This document shows, piece after piece, positions 49,098 to 59,096 of a stretch of 64,000 nucleotides of DNA. Below the pieces are notes generated by a model. It did no database searches. It had not been told where the DNA came from and saw only the letters and a list, made by a program, of their open reading frames with translations. Position 1 is the first letter of the stretch; each line of letters opens with the position of its first letter. The position numbers and the translations under genes are program-made. The stretch is from Bacteroidia bacterium (GTDB lineage: Bacteria > Bacteroidota > Bacteroidia > NS11-12g > UBA9320), in NCBI GenBank assembly GCA_965216465.1, contig CBDCFW010000006.1, positions 256,001-320,000 of the forward strand, written 5' to 3'.

Positions 49098-49791
49098 TCT
49101 AAATACATTCTTTGTCGCATTATTCGGTATTGCTTTTGGCTTGGTTGAATGTGCCGTTGTGGTGTACATAAGAGCTCAATACTATCCCGACGGCTTTTCC
49201 TTCCCGCTGCATGCTATCTCACACGACATCATCATTACTGAGCTGTGGCGAGAGGCGGCAACCATCCTAATGCTTATTGCCGTTGGTTATTTGGCAGGGA
49301 AAACCCGACCACAACGCTTCGCTTATTTCTTGATCAGCTTTGCTGTCTGGGATATCTTTTACTATATATTTCTTAAACTCTTTATCAATTGGCCAGAGAG
49401 TTTAATGACCTGGGATATCCTCTTTCTTCTACCTGTAGTTTGGATTGGTCCGGTAATAGCTCCTGTACTTTTATCTCTATTGATGATTGCATTGGCTTCT
49501 CTGCTTCTCTACTATAATAAAAAGCTAAAACCCCTCGAATTAATTTTACTCATTAGCGGGTCGATTATTAGCATAGTTTCTTTTATGATCGACTACTTGA
49601 GCTATGTTTCTAAACATTCACACTTAGAATCAGCTCGAGAGATAGCCAACTTGTCGTTAACTTATGTTCCTGAATCCTACAATTGGGTCTTATTTGCTAT
49701 CGCCGTAAAACTCATTCTTGGTGCCATGGTAATCTACTTTATTCGCAACAAGAACCGAAAAATAGAATTGGCTAATATGCAGATGTTTTAA
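49081..49791 (+). CDS. Conserved hypothetical membrane protein
   Basis: E.AVVVY.R, REAAT..ML, WDIFYY, WP.SL..WDILFL.P..W.GPV.AP; ATG at 49081. Confidence 0.75.
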   Translation: MKKVINLNTFFVALFGIAFGLVECAVVVYIRAQYYPDGFSFPLHAISHDIIITELWREAATILMLIAVGYLAGKTRPQRFAYFLISFAVWDIFYYIFLKLFINWPESLMTWDILFLLPVVWIGPVIAPVLLSLLMIALASLLLYYNKKLKPLELILLISGSIISIVSFMIDYLSYVSKHSHLESAREIANLSLTYVPESYNWVLFAIAVKLILGAMVIYFIRNKNRKIELANMQMF

Positions 49792-51485
49792 TGGATTCTT
49801 ATACGAACTCCAAACTGTAAATTGGGATAAAACTTCACATTTGTACCGTGATAGGGATTGTATCCATACCCGCCATTTAAGAATACCGAATTATCAAAAG
49901 ATTGACTATACTTAGAATATTCAAATTCAAGATAAACATTGTTATTCACTTTTATGGGCTCTTCAGACGACTCAACAATTCCATTCCATCCAATATTAGC
50001 CGCAATCCACCCTTTGGGTCTTGGAGGAGTATTTACAGGCATCCACGAGTTAAGACCTGCATTTATAAATAATGGAACTTCGGCCATTGTTTGAGATACT
50101 CTTAAATTGGCAAACACATTTGCTGTATCCGTAATCCCCATGAATAGTTGGCTTCTCAATGAATAAGATTGATCGAACTTCCACCCTATATCAATTCCAA
50201 GTGCAGCGTATTGTTCGTTTGTCTCACCGTTATTTCGATTACCGAGCTCTGCAAATAGGTATCTTGAAGCTTTTGGGCTAAAAGCACAATTCATTATTCC
50301 TCCACCACCAAGACCTCCCCATCCATAGCACTTATCACATTCCGAAGGTTCTGAACCGAAAATACAACAATCCATCTCCCTAACAATCTGATTTAAACAC
50401 AGATATCGAGTATAGGTTAGCTCTGTGTAATAATAATGACTTCTTCCTTCAAGCTTTGCACGACGCTTTTTAAAGATTTTGGCCAAAAAATTCTGCCAGC
50501 GTGTGTTCTTATGTCTTCGTTTCCATTTCCTGCCATTTCTAATCCCTCTCCACTCTAATGGGGTGAACGTATCGCAAGCTTCAAAATAGGTTGCAGATTT
50601 ATCTATATATGACCTTTCAGCTCTTACCGTTACTTTATTCGACCGAAAAAATCGATGTTTCATATCCAAATGATCCATTAAAAAACGGTCGACTTGATGA
50701 CACTTGATCGATTCTTTCTTCATGAACGCACTATAATCTGCTAAAAGATTCTCACACCCATCACACGGAGTAGAATCAATCGTGAATATGGCATAATTAT
50801 CATAGTCATTTTTAGGAATGCGAACGTAGTAATCAGGATAGTTTCTACGCTTTGTCTTTAATTTGGATTTTCTCCAACGCAATCTGTAGATTGACATTGA
50901 ATCTCGCCAATCTTTGGTCTTAGTTGTTTTACCAGCGTAATAAATTAAGGTCCTAGAATCTGCAAAATTTGTCTCAACAGAAACGTAATCTTTTCGTCTA
51001 TGCTGAACTGTATGTACAAAGGAGCGATGTAGTAAAGTGTCTGCTCTTTTGTAGCAAAATTCAATGGGCGGAGAAAAAGTGTCTTCGACCACAATTACTT
51101 CCTCAGGTTTTGAGAAAAAGATAACATCCACTCGCCTATTTCCTGCCATGTTTCGACCGCGTAATTCCCCTCTGCTACTCACTACAATTTTGGGCGATGT
51201 AGGAAACATTTTCTTGCACACCTTTGAAACAGTTTTTGCTCTTTTATAGCCTAAGGAAAGATTTGCCTTTATGCTTCCAACCGAATCTGCCATACCCACA
51301 AAATGAACTGAATCTAAGTTGTTTACATAGATGTTGTGAGGAATAGCCCGAATTCTCCTCATTTGTTTAGGAAGAATATTAGACTTGCCAAACTCAAAGT
51401 ACACCGACATGGTGTCAGTGGTTTGTGCATTTAGTGAACAAGCACCAATCAAAAAGAAGATCAATATGGAGATTCGAGTTTTCAC
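49788..51485 (-). CDS. Exported protein with N-terminal OmpA-like domain and basic/Cys-rich extension
   Basis: VYFEFGKS, G.ADSVG...NL.L...RA..V, NRRVDV; beta-strand-like C-terminus. Confidence 0.7.
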   Translation of the reverse strand: MKTRISILIFFLIGACSLNAQTTDTMSVYFEFGKSNILPKQMRRIRAIPHNIYVNNLDSVHFVGMADSVGSIKANLSLGYKRAKTVSKVCKKMFPTSPKIVVSSRGELRGRNMAGNRRVDVIFFSKPEEVIVVEDTFSPPIEFCYKRADTLLHRSFVHTVQHRRKDYVSVETNFADSRTLIYYAGKTTKTKDWRDSMSIYRLRWRKSKLKTKRRNYPDYYVRIPKNDYDNYAIFTIDSTPCDGCENLLADYSAFMKKESIKCHQVDRFLMDHLDMKHRFFRSNKVTVRAERSYIDKSATYFEACDTFTPLEWRGIRNGRKWKRRHKNTRWQNFLAKIFKKRRAKLEGRSHYYYTELTYTRYLCLNQIVREMDCCIFGSEPSECDKCYGWGGLGGGGIMNCAFSPKASRYLFAELGNRNNGETNEQYAALGIDIGWKFDQSYSLRSQLFMGITDTANVFANLRVSQTMAEVPLFINAGLNSWMPVNTPPRPKGWIAANIGWNGIVESSEEPIKVNNNVYLEFEYSKYSQSFDNSVFLNGGYGYNPYHGTNVKFYPNLQFGVRIRIH

Positions 51486-51498
51486 TTAGCTTTCAAGT

Positions 51499-51526
51499 AT
51501 AACGAATCTCAAGAAATCTTATTTCA
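51499..51526 (-). promoter_or_regulatory. Putative ECF-type promoter TGAAAT-N16-CGTTAT
   Basis: Minus-strand motif between the lpdA terminator and the GTG at 51485. Confidence 0.4.
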
Positions 51527-51527
51527 C

Positions 51528-51564
51528 AAAAAAGCCGTCCCCAAGTGAGTTGGGGACGGCCTTT
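51528..51564 (-). terminator. Intrinsic terminator of lpdA
   Basis: GCCGTCCCCAA-GTGAG-TTGGGGACGGC with A run (T run on minus strand). Confidence 0.85.
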
Positions 51565-51579
51565 ATAAGTTCTATTCGA

Positions 51580-52965
51580 TTAAAGGTGAATTACCTCGTC
51601 GTAAGCTGCAGCACATGCTTCCATTACCGCTTCACTCATCGTTGGGTGAGGATGTACTGTTTTAATCATTTCATGTCCTGTTGTTTCTAACTTTCTAGCA
51701 GCAACAACCTCTGCAATCATTTCAGTAACATTTGCTCCAATCATGTGTGCTCCTAAGAACTCACCATATTTTGCATCAAAGATTACTTTAACAAATCCTT
51801 CTTTGGCTCCGGCAGCACTTGCTTTACCACTTGCAGAGAATGGGAACTTGCCCACTTTGATATCATATCCTGCTTCTTTCGCCTTCGCTTCAGTGTAACC
51901 TACAGACGCAATTTCAGGCCATGTGTAGGTACATCCTGGGATGTTTCCGTAATCTAATCCTTCTACATCCATTCCTGCAATTTTCTCAACACAGATAATT
52001 CCTTCTGCACTCGCAACGTGAGCTAATGCTGGACCGGGAACGATGTCTCCAATAGCATAAACTCCAGGAACATTAGTTTGGTAGTAATCATCTACTAATA
52101 CCTTTCCGTTCTCAGTTTTGATGCCTAAAGACTCAAGACCAATATTCTCTAAGTTTGTTTGAATTCCAACCGCTGAAAGAACCACATCACACTCAATAAT
52201 TTCTTCGCCTTTCGCAGTTTTTACTTTCACTTTACATCCAGCACCTTTGGTATCAACGCTTTCAACAGAACTGTTGGTCATTACTTTGATACCTTTCTTT
52301 TTGTAAATCTTAGCTAGCTCTTTAGAAACATCAGCATCTTCATTAGGAACGATGCTCGGCATAAACTCAACAACCGTTACTTCTGTTCCCATTGCACTGT
52401 AGAAATAGGCAAACTCAACTCCGATAGCTCCACTGCCCACAACAACCATTTTCTTTGGTTGCTTTGGAAGCACTAATGCTTCGTGATATCCAATAATTTT
52501 CTCTCCGTCGATAGGCAAGCTTGGCAATTGACGCTCTCGAGCTCCAGTAGCAAGAATAACGTGCTTTGCAGAATGCGTTTCTTTCTTCCCGTCGTTATCT
52601 ACACTTACTTGACCTTTTGCAATTAATTTTCCAAATCCTGTAAGAACCTCAATTTTGTTTTTCTTCATTAAAAACTGGATTCCTTTACTCATGCCATTAG
52701 CAACATCTCTACTTCTTTTTATTACCGCATCAAAATCGTGCTTTGCACCCGATACGCTAATTCCGTAGTCACTTGCATGATTGATATATTCAAATACTTG
52801 GGCTGATTTAAGCAGTGCTTTGGTTGGGATACAACCCCAATTTAAACATACTCCACCAAGTTCCGCTTTCTCTACAACAGCAGTTTTTAAACCAAGCTGA
52901 GCTGCACGAATTGCTGCAACATAACCACCTGGACCACTACCAATTACTATAACATCGAAATTCAT
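51580..52965 (-). CDS. lpdA: Dihydrolipoyl dehydrogenase
   Basis: GSGPGGYVAAIRAAQLG, GGVCLNWGCIPTK, HPHPTMSE. Confidence 0.96.
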   Translation of the reverse strand: MNFDVIVIGSGPGGYVAAIRAAQLGLKTAVVEKAELGGVCLNWGCIPTKALLKSAQVFEYINHASDYGISVSGAKHDFDAVIKRSRDVANGMSKGIQFLMKKNKIEVLTGFGKLIAKGQVSVDNDGKKETHSAKHVILATGARERQLPSLPIDGEKIIGYHEALVLPKQPKKMVVVGSGAIGVEFAYFYSAMGTEVTVVEFMPSIVPNEDADVSKELAKIYKKKGIKVMTNSSVESVDTKGAGCKVKVKTAKGEEIIECDVVLSAVGIQTNLENIGLESLGIKTENGKVLVDDYYQTNVPGVYAIGDIVPGPALAHVASAEGIICVEKIAGMDVEGLDYGNIPGCTYTWPEIASVGYTEAKAKEAGYDIKVGKFPFSASGKASAAGAKEGFVKVIFDAKYGEFLGAHMIGANVTEMIAEVVAARKLETTGHEMIKTVHPHPTMSEAVMEACAAAYDEVIHL

Positions 52966-53053
52966 AATTTTTGATTTTTAGGGCTGCAAAGAAAGCGAAA
53001 TTTGAGGTTTCTTTATGAAATCAAAGACTTAAATTTGCATCCTTAAACGCATT

Positions 53054-54322
53054 ATGCTACAAATACAGGAAATACGAGCAAACAAAGGAGCCATAATTGA
53101 AAGGCTGGCAAAACGTGGTGTTGACTTTACCGACCTTGTTGAACAAGCACTTGAATTAGACAACCGACGCAAATCTACTCAATCAGAATTGGACCAAGTT
53201 TTAGCAGAAAGCAACAGTATTTCAAAGCAAATAGGTCAACTATTTGCTCAAGGCAAGCGTGAAGAAGCCGAAGAAAAAAAGGCTCTAACCGGAGAACTTA
53301 AAACGAAGAGTAAAGCTCTTGAAGAAGAATCAAGAACCATAGATTCTGAACTAAAAGAAGTGCTTTACCAAATCCCAAACGCTCCAGGAGCAGATGTACC
53401 TGCCGGAAAGAGTGAAGAAGATAACCAAACTGTTTTAACCGTTGGTGAACGACCTGAATTGACTCAAAAACTTCCACATTGGGAGTTAGCAGAGAAGTAC
53501 AATCTTATTGACTTCGAGCTTGGTGTTAAAATTACAGGTGCTGGGTTTCCGGTTTATCGTGGAAAAGGTGCTCGCTTCCAAAGGGCATTGATTAACTATT
53601 TCTTAGATAAAGCAAGAGACGAAGGGTTTGAAGAGGTTCTTCCTCCAATCTTGGTAAATGAAGCAAGTGGTTATGGCACAGGCCAACTTCCTGATAAAGA
53701 AGGTCAGATGTACCACATGCAAGTCGATAATTTATACTGCATTCCTACGGCCGAAGTTCCTATCACAAACATCTACCGCGATGTAATCTTGAAAGAAGAA
53801 GACTTTCCAATTAAAAATTGTGGATACACCCCTTGCTTTAGAAGAGAAGCAGGCAGTTATGGTAAAGACGTTCGTGGATTAAACAGATTGCACCAATTCG
53901 ATAAAGTAGAAATTGTTCAATTGGCTCATCCTGAAAAATCATATGAGATCTTGGAGGAAATGAGCAACTATGTTCAAAGCCTACTAAAAGAATTAGGACT
54001 GCATTACCGCGTTCTACTTCTTTGTGGTGGAGATACGGGTTTTGCTAGTGCAATGACCTACGATATGGAAGTTTGGAGCGGAGCTCAAGAAAGATGGCTT
54101 GAAGTAAGCTCTGTATCTAACTTTGAATCTTTCCAAGCTAATCGATTGAAGCTTAGATTTAAGAACAAAGAAGGCAAAAATCAACTAGCACACACCCTAA
54201 ACGGAAGTGCACTGGCCCTGCCTAGAATTGTTGCTGCTTTATTGGAAAACAATCAGACTCCAGAGGGGATTATTGTGCCAGAAGTGTTGCGTCCGTATTG
54301 CGGATTCGACATTATTAATTAA
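53054..54322 (+). CDS. serS: Serine-tRNA ligase
   Basis: IPTAEVP, FRREAGSYG, RLHQFDKVE, HTLNGSALA. Confidence 0.96.
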   Translation: MLQIQEIRANKGAIIERLAKRGVDFTDLVEQALELDNRRKSTQSELDQVLAESNSISKQIGQLFAQGKREEAEEKKALTGELKTKSKALEEESRTIDSELKEVLYQIPNAPGADVPAGKSEEDNQTVLTVGERPELTQKLPHWELAEKYNLIDFELGVKITGAGFPVYRGKGARFQRALINYFLDKARDEGFEEVLPPILVNEASGYGTGQLPDKEGQMYHMQVDNLYCIPTAEVPITNIYRDVILKEEDFPIKNCGYTPCFRREAGSYGKDVRGLNRLHQFDKVEIVQLAHPEKSYEILEEMSNYVQSLLKELGLHYRVLLLCGGDTGFASAMTYDMEVWSGAQERWLEVSSVSNFESFQANRLKLRFKNKEGKNQLAHTLNGSALALPRIVAALLENNQTPEGIIVPEVLRPYCGFDIIN

Positions 54323-54445
54323 CATTAATTCTAATTTAAGTCTTTGATTACCAGAGACTAATTTTTTAAATCAACATTTTGATGGTGATTTTTAGTTTGC
54401 CGTTTCTAAAATCTGCTATACCCTTGTGCCAATTATTTTAATACC

Positions 54446-56386
54446 ATGAAACTAAAAGAAACCATCTTTATTTCAACTGCTCTATTCTTTGGAATGGGAG
54501 CAGTCGCTCAGCAAAACATAGACTCGGTCTACGTTTCTGCTAGTCGACTTCCAATGAAAAAATTTGAGGCTGGAAAAAGTATTACCGTAATCACTGCCGA
54601 AGAAATCAAAGCCATTCCTGCAACTACTGTAGATGAGCTGCTTCGAAACATTGAAGGCATCAACTTGAACAACCGTGGGGGATTCGGAGTTCAGTCTGAT
54701 ATCGGAATGCGAGGAAGCACTTTTTCTCAGGTACTTATTCTAGTTGACAACCAGCGAATTAACGATCCATTAACAGCACACTTTAATAGCAACATTCCTA
54801 TCCCTTTATCCGAGATTCATCATATTGAGGTAATAAGAGGATCGGCTGCAGTATCATACGGAGCAGATGCTGTTGGAGGTGTAATTCACATCAAAACCAA
54901 AGCTTTTGAAGGGCTTTCAGGCACAAACTCGTTTAACTTGAGCGGCAGTACTGCAATGGGTGAACACAACCTAAAACTTACCGATGTTGGATTTCACCAA
55001 CAAGGCAAAAATTTTGGAGCTTCATTAGCTCTTAAGTCGTCATCTGCAGACGGAGAGCAATTTGTTAACCCAAATTACATCAACTCCGGATTAGGAGATA
55101 GCTTGTACAACAATCATTTTGACCTAAAGACCTATACCGGTGCGTTAACTTACAGAAAGAACAGAATCAAATCGTATGTTCGATTAGGGGCAGACGCACG
55201 AGATTTTGCAGCTAAATATTTCTACACAGCAAGTGCCTACGACGAGTCTTATGAAGAGGTAAATGCTTATTGGTCACAGGCCTATGTTCAGTACACAGGA
55301 GATAAAAGCAAAACTGATTTCAATGTTGGATACAGAATGAACCAAGACAGCTTTGTCTTCAATCCACTTTTCTCAGCTAACGTGCATACAACCAATAGAA
55401 TGAATGCCTCTATCAACCATTACCGATTTATTAAAGGAGTTAGAATGGTGTTTGGAGCTCAAATCGACGACCAAAAAATTGAAAGTACCGACCGTGGTGA
55501 TCACGAACTGCAAACACAAGCGGTTTATGTATTAGCCAACAAGCGTTTAAACGACCTAAACTTGAATGGAGGTTTACGTTTTGAGAACAACGAATTATTA
55601 GGACTTCAAATCATCCCGCAATTGAATATTGCGTATAACCTAGAAAATATGGTGGTAAGATCTTCAATCGGACGTGCTGTAAGACAAGGAGATTTCACCG
55701 AGCGATATATTTCTTACCTCATTCCTAGCCTTTCACCAGGACGAAATGCTGGGAACCCAGATTTAGACGTCGAAAATTCTTGGAATTTTGATCTCGGAGT
55801 AGACGGGTACGTCAATAAAAATTTAAGATGGGGAGCAACCGCATTTGCACGTAAGTCAAACAATCTAATAGACTACGTAAGCACCCCCTCTAGCGAAATT
55901 ACCAACCTAAACAACTTAGCTGATAGTGCTTTCTATTTGTATGCTACAAACATTAGTGAGAGCTTCACCTCTGGTTTAGAGGCATTTGTCAAATACACCA
56001 TTTTTGAAGGTGCCATTGTAAAACTTAAGTCTCACCTGAACTATACATACATTAACACAAACACCCCGGATAGTGTGGTTTCTAAATACATTGCAAACCA
56101 TCCTATTCACAATATCAATATTGGTCTAAACTTAGATGTCAATCGATTTAGTTTTATAGTTACCGGAAATCTTGTAACACGTAACGAAGAAATTATTGAA
56201 TCAATTGATGCATCAATTCCTGCGAATTATAGCTTGATCAACACAAGAGTAAGCTATTCATCTGCAATTATTCCAGTTCGTTTCTTCGCTGAAGTAAGAA
56301 ACTTAGGAAACACACAGTACCAAGAAATATTAGGTGCGAGAATGCCAGGACGGTGGTTCTATGGCGGACTAACCTGGAATCTTTAA
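54446..56386 (+). CDS. TonB-dependent receptor (plug plus barrel)
   Basis: V.VSASR, RGSTFSQVLILVD, IEVIRGS....YGADAVGGVI, GNPDL..E, MPGRW.YGG. Confidence 0.9.
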   Translation: MKLKETIFISTALFFGMGAVAQQNIDSVYVSASRLPMKKFEAGKSITVITAEEIKAIPATTVDELLRNIEGINLNNRGGFGVQSDIGMRGSTFSQVLILVDNQRINDPLTAHFNSNIPIPLSEIHHIEVIRGSAAVSYGADAVGGVIHIKTKAFEGLSGTNSFNLSGSTAMGEHNLKLTDVGFHQQGKNFGASLALKSSSADGEQFVNPNYINSGLGDSLYNNHFDLKTYTGALTYRKNRIKSYVRLGADARDFAAKYFYTASAYDESYEEVNAYWSQAYVQYTGDKSKTDFNVGYRMNQDSFVFNPLFSANVHTTNRMNASINHYRFIKGVRMVFGAQIDDQKIESTDRGDHELQTQAVYVLANKRLNDLNLNGGLRFENNELLGLQIIPQLNIAYNLENMVVRSSIGRAVRQGDFTERYISYLIPSLSPGRNAGNPDLDVENSWNFDLGVDGYVNKNLRWGATAFARKSNNLIDYVSTPSSEITNLNNLADSAFYLYATNISESFTSGLEAFVKYTIFEGAIVKLKSHLNYTYINTNTPDSVVSKYIANHPIHNINIGLNLDVNRFSFIVTGNLVTRNEEIIESIDASIPANYSLINTRVSYSSAIIPVRFFAEVRNLGNTQYQEILGARMPGRWFYGGLTWNL

Positions 56387-56400
56387 GATCTAAAAATATG

Positions 56401-56433
56401 AAAGCCTGTCCCGCTGGCGCGGAGACAGGCTTT
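56401..56433. terminator. Intrinsic terminator-like hairpin
   Basis: AAAGCCTGTC...GACAGGCTTT with GC-rich interior. Confidence 0.65.
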
Positions 56434-56590
56434 ATGTAGCTTATTAGTAGTTACCTCAAAGGTCTTCTCTGTAGTAATGATATACAAATAAGAGTATTTG
56501 CAGCATCAATACGTTGCACCACTCAATAATACAGACTAAAATATGACATTCTCACGTTTAGAGAATTGTCGTACTTTTGATTCTACATAC

Positions 56591-57088
56591 ATGCGATTCA
56601 TTGTAGGTTTATGTTTATTGGTTCTTACCAGCTTGGCTCACGGCCAATGGGTAAATGAATGCATAGATACCAATAGAATTAATCCCTGGTACGCTTGCGG
56701 ACCCGTGTTTTCTCCAGTTTGTGGATGCGATGGCATTACCTATCGCAATGAGTGCTTAAGTTTTAATGCCGCAGGGGTAAATACGGTTGAACATTCTGGC
56801 GTATGTGCCCATGAATTTTACTTTTTCGATTTTTGGCCTAACCTCGTAACCGATCGCATTGATTTCTATATGCAACTCGCACCAAACCAAACTGCGAATG
56901 CGAGCATCCAAATCGTTAACAGCTTTGGAAATTTGGTTTACAATAAGCTGCTAAACAATGTTAGGGCCGATTTCCCTTATCAAGAAACCATTTATTTAGG
57001 CGATCTAAAAACAGGGGTTTACTTCGTAATCGTTCAAGCGAATGGTATTTATAAGCGACAGAAATTCGTAAAACATTCGTTGTTTTAA
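56591..57088 (+). CDS. Kazal-type domain protein with T9SS type-A C-terminal domain
   Basis: C...FSPVCGCDGITYRNEC...G.C; FWPN...GVYFV...KFVK; ATG at 56591. Confidence 0.8.
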   Translation: MRFIVGLCLLVLTSLAHGQWVNECIDTNRINPWYACGPVFSPVCGCDGITYRNECLSFNAAGVNTVEHSGVCAHEFYFFDFWPNLVTDRIDFYMQLAPNQTANASIQIVNSFGNLVYNKLLNNVRADFPYQETIYLGDLKTGVYFVIVQANGIYKRQKFVKHSLF

Positions 57089-57129
57089 CAAACGAACTGT
57101 ACCGTTCAGTACAGTTCGCAATTTCAATA

Positions 57130-58068
57130 TTACAAATCTTTTATGAGGTCTTTTAGCTCTTCTTCTGAAATAGGAGTTAATGACGTAAGTTCTTCATAAT
57201 GAGGATCAGATATTGTAGAACTGACCAATCCATATTCCATTCCATTATCTGTTTTTGCCACCGCCAAGAGATGAATATCCCAGCCTAAAGGCAGGTTGAA
57301 GTTACCAGAGTTAAACTCCTTTTTATCCACGTCGGCCATCAAGTAAACAACTGAGTTCTCTTCAAAGATCATGTAGACAACAGTATTTGATGAAGCATAA
57401 CCTTCAGGCAATTTTAATCGAACTTGAGTTCCTGTAGCAGCATTATAATACTTGTCTAAATTGCACCAGCTTAAGAAGTTTAGTGTCAGGTAATAGCGAG
57501 AAGTATCGCCTCCTCCTACAGTGGAGTCTGATCTTACCCAAGACGAATCAGCTTGAACCCAATTTACGGTTTGTCCGTTTGAAGGATTCTCTTCTCCCCT
57601 AAATACCTGCATTTGAGGATCGATTCCTTCTGTTGTTGGAATACTTACTGTATACATTCCAGCCAGATCTAAATCCTCTCCATCTTGGCTAATTTCTATG
57701 TTGAACATTCCTCCTGACTGCAACAATGAATTTCCTGAAGCTGTTGTTACACCAGAAAATATCATGTCTGCTTTGGTTAAATATTCGGTAATTTCTACAT
57801 CAACATTACCTGTAACAGCTTGACCATCCTTGGTAAGTACCCCATTTGGGAAGAAGTACGAGAATCCATTGGCCGAATTAATCGTAAATGAAGATGTTGC
57901 ATCTTTTGTGAATGTTTGTTCTGGAGGCCCATATTTAGCTAACACTTCAGACAGGTCTCGATCGTCATCGTTACCGGGATTTGTAGGTACAATTTCATTG
58001 CAAAACGAAAAGAACACAGCTACCAATCCGAGTAACCATGCCGCGTGTAATTTTTTAAATTTTATCAT
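57130..58068 (-). CDS. Hypothetical lipoprotein
   Basis: Lipobox FSF-C; DMI..G.TT....LLQSGGMF, W.NLD motifs; ATG at 58068. Confidence 0.75.
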   Translation of the reverse strand: MIKFKKLHAAWLLGLVAVFFSFCNEIVPTNPGNDDDRDLSEVLAKYGPPEQTFTKDATSSFTINSANGFSYFFPNGVLTKDGQAVTGNVDVEITEYLTKADMIFSGVTTASGNSLLQSGGMFNIEISQDGEDLDLAGMYTVSIPTTEGIDPQMQVFRGEENPSNGQTVNWVQADSSWVRSDSTVGGGDTSRYYLTLNFLSWCNLDKYYNAATGTQVRLKLPEGYASSNTVVYMIFEENSVVYLMADVDKKEFNSGNFNLPLGWDIHLLAVAKTDNGMEYGLVSSTISDPHYEELTSLTPISEEELKDLIKDL

Positions 58069-58084
58069 AGTTCTTTTAGATGAT

Positions 58085-58111
58085 ATACGGCACATGGGCT
58101 AAAATGGTTGG
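58085..58111 (-). promoter_or_regulatory. Putative ECF-type promoter CCAACC-N16-CGTAT
   Basis: Minus-strand motif 16 nt upstream of ATG 58068. Confidence 0.4.
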
Positions 58112-58184
58112 GTATTGCAAAAAAGTTCGGCCATCATCTACACGAAATCATATATTTGATTTTAGATAGTACAACAAGAATTAC

Positions 58185-59030
58185 ATGCGATTACAAACCA
58201 TTCATACCGGAAACTTTATGCTAGACGGAGGTGCCATGTTTGGCACCGTTCCAAAATCGATTTGGAAAAAGATTAATCCAGCCGACGAAAACAACATGTG
58301 CAATTGGGCCATGCGATGCTTATTAATTGAAGACGGCAACCGTTTAATTCTTATTGACAATGGAATGGGCGAAAAGCAGTCTGAAAAATTCTTTGGGTAT
58401 TATTACCTTAATGGCGAGAATTCACTTCAAAAGTCGCTGCATAATGCCGGTGTTGATTTTAAGGACATTACCGACGTTGTACTTACGCATCTTCATTTTG
58501 ATCATTGTGGTGGAAGTGTAAAATGGAATTCAATGCGTGACAACTACGAACTAAGCTTTCCGAATGCTCAATACTGGGTACATGAAGATCACTGGAACCA
58601 TGCCATCAATCCAAACCCCAGAGAAAAAGCATCATTCTTAAAAGAAAATATGCTCCCTATTCAAGAGCTTGGAAATCTCAATTTCTTAGGCTCAGATCTC
58701 GTTTTAACCGAGAACATTTCTGGAATATTGGCACAGGGTCATACTGAATCGATGTTCTGCCCAAAGATTCAGGTTAACAATCAAACCCTAGTTTTTATGG
58801 CAGATATGATTCCTTCTTCAGGACACATTCGCCCTAATTATGTTATGGGGTATGACATTCGTCCACTTGAAACCATGAAAGAGAGAGAAGCCTTTCTTCA
58901 AGAAGCAGTAGCCAACAACTACCTCCTCTATTTTGAGCATGACCTTAACATTGAATGCGGAACTGTTGAACTAGGAGAACGTGGCTATAAGCTAAAAGAT
59001 TCAGGTAAGCTAACAGACTTTATACGCTAA
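58185..59030 (+). CDS. MBL-fold metallo-hydrolase
   Basis: LDGGAMFG.VPK, THLHFDHCGG, GHT, FEHD. Confidence 0.92.
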   Translation: MRLQTIHTGNFMLDGGAMFGTVPKSIWKKINPADENNMCNWAMRCLLIEDGNRLILIDNGMGEKQSEKFFGYYYLNGENSLQKSLHNAGVDFKDITDVVLTHLHFDHCGGSVKWNSMRDNYELSFPNAQYWVHEDHWNHAINPNPREKASFLKENMLPIQELGNLNFLGSDLVLTENISGILAQGHTESMFCPKIQVNNQTLVFMADMIPSSGHIRPNYVMGYDIRPLETMKEREAFLQEAVANNYLLYFEHDLNIECGTVELGERGYKLKDSGKLTDFIR

Positions 59031-59096
59031 TATTACTGAAATAACGTATTCTTCGCGAACAAGAATACCTTTGCTCATCATAAAGCTAAGCAATTT

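Noticed and set aside
54323-54445. Cobalamin riboswitch upstream of the BtuB-like receptor
   Set aside because: The region is short and AT-rich and lacks a B12-box or the GGGAA/GCCCCCGC core.
56434-56590. Possible small ORF or sRNA between the TonB-dependent receptor and the Kazal gene
   Set aside because: Only very short ORFs and a weak hairpin (56545-56570); insufficient support.
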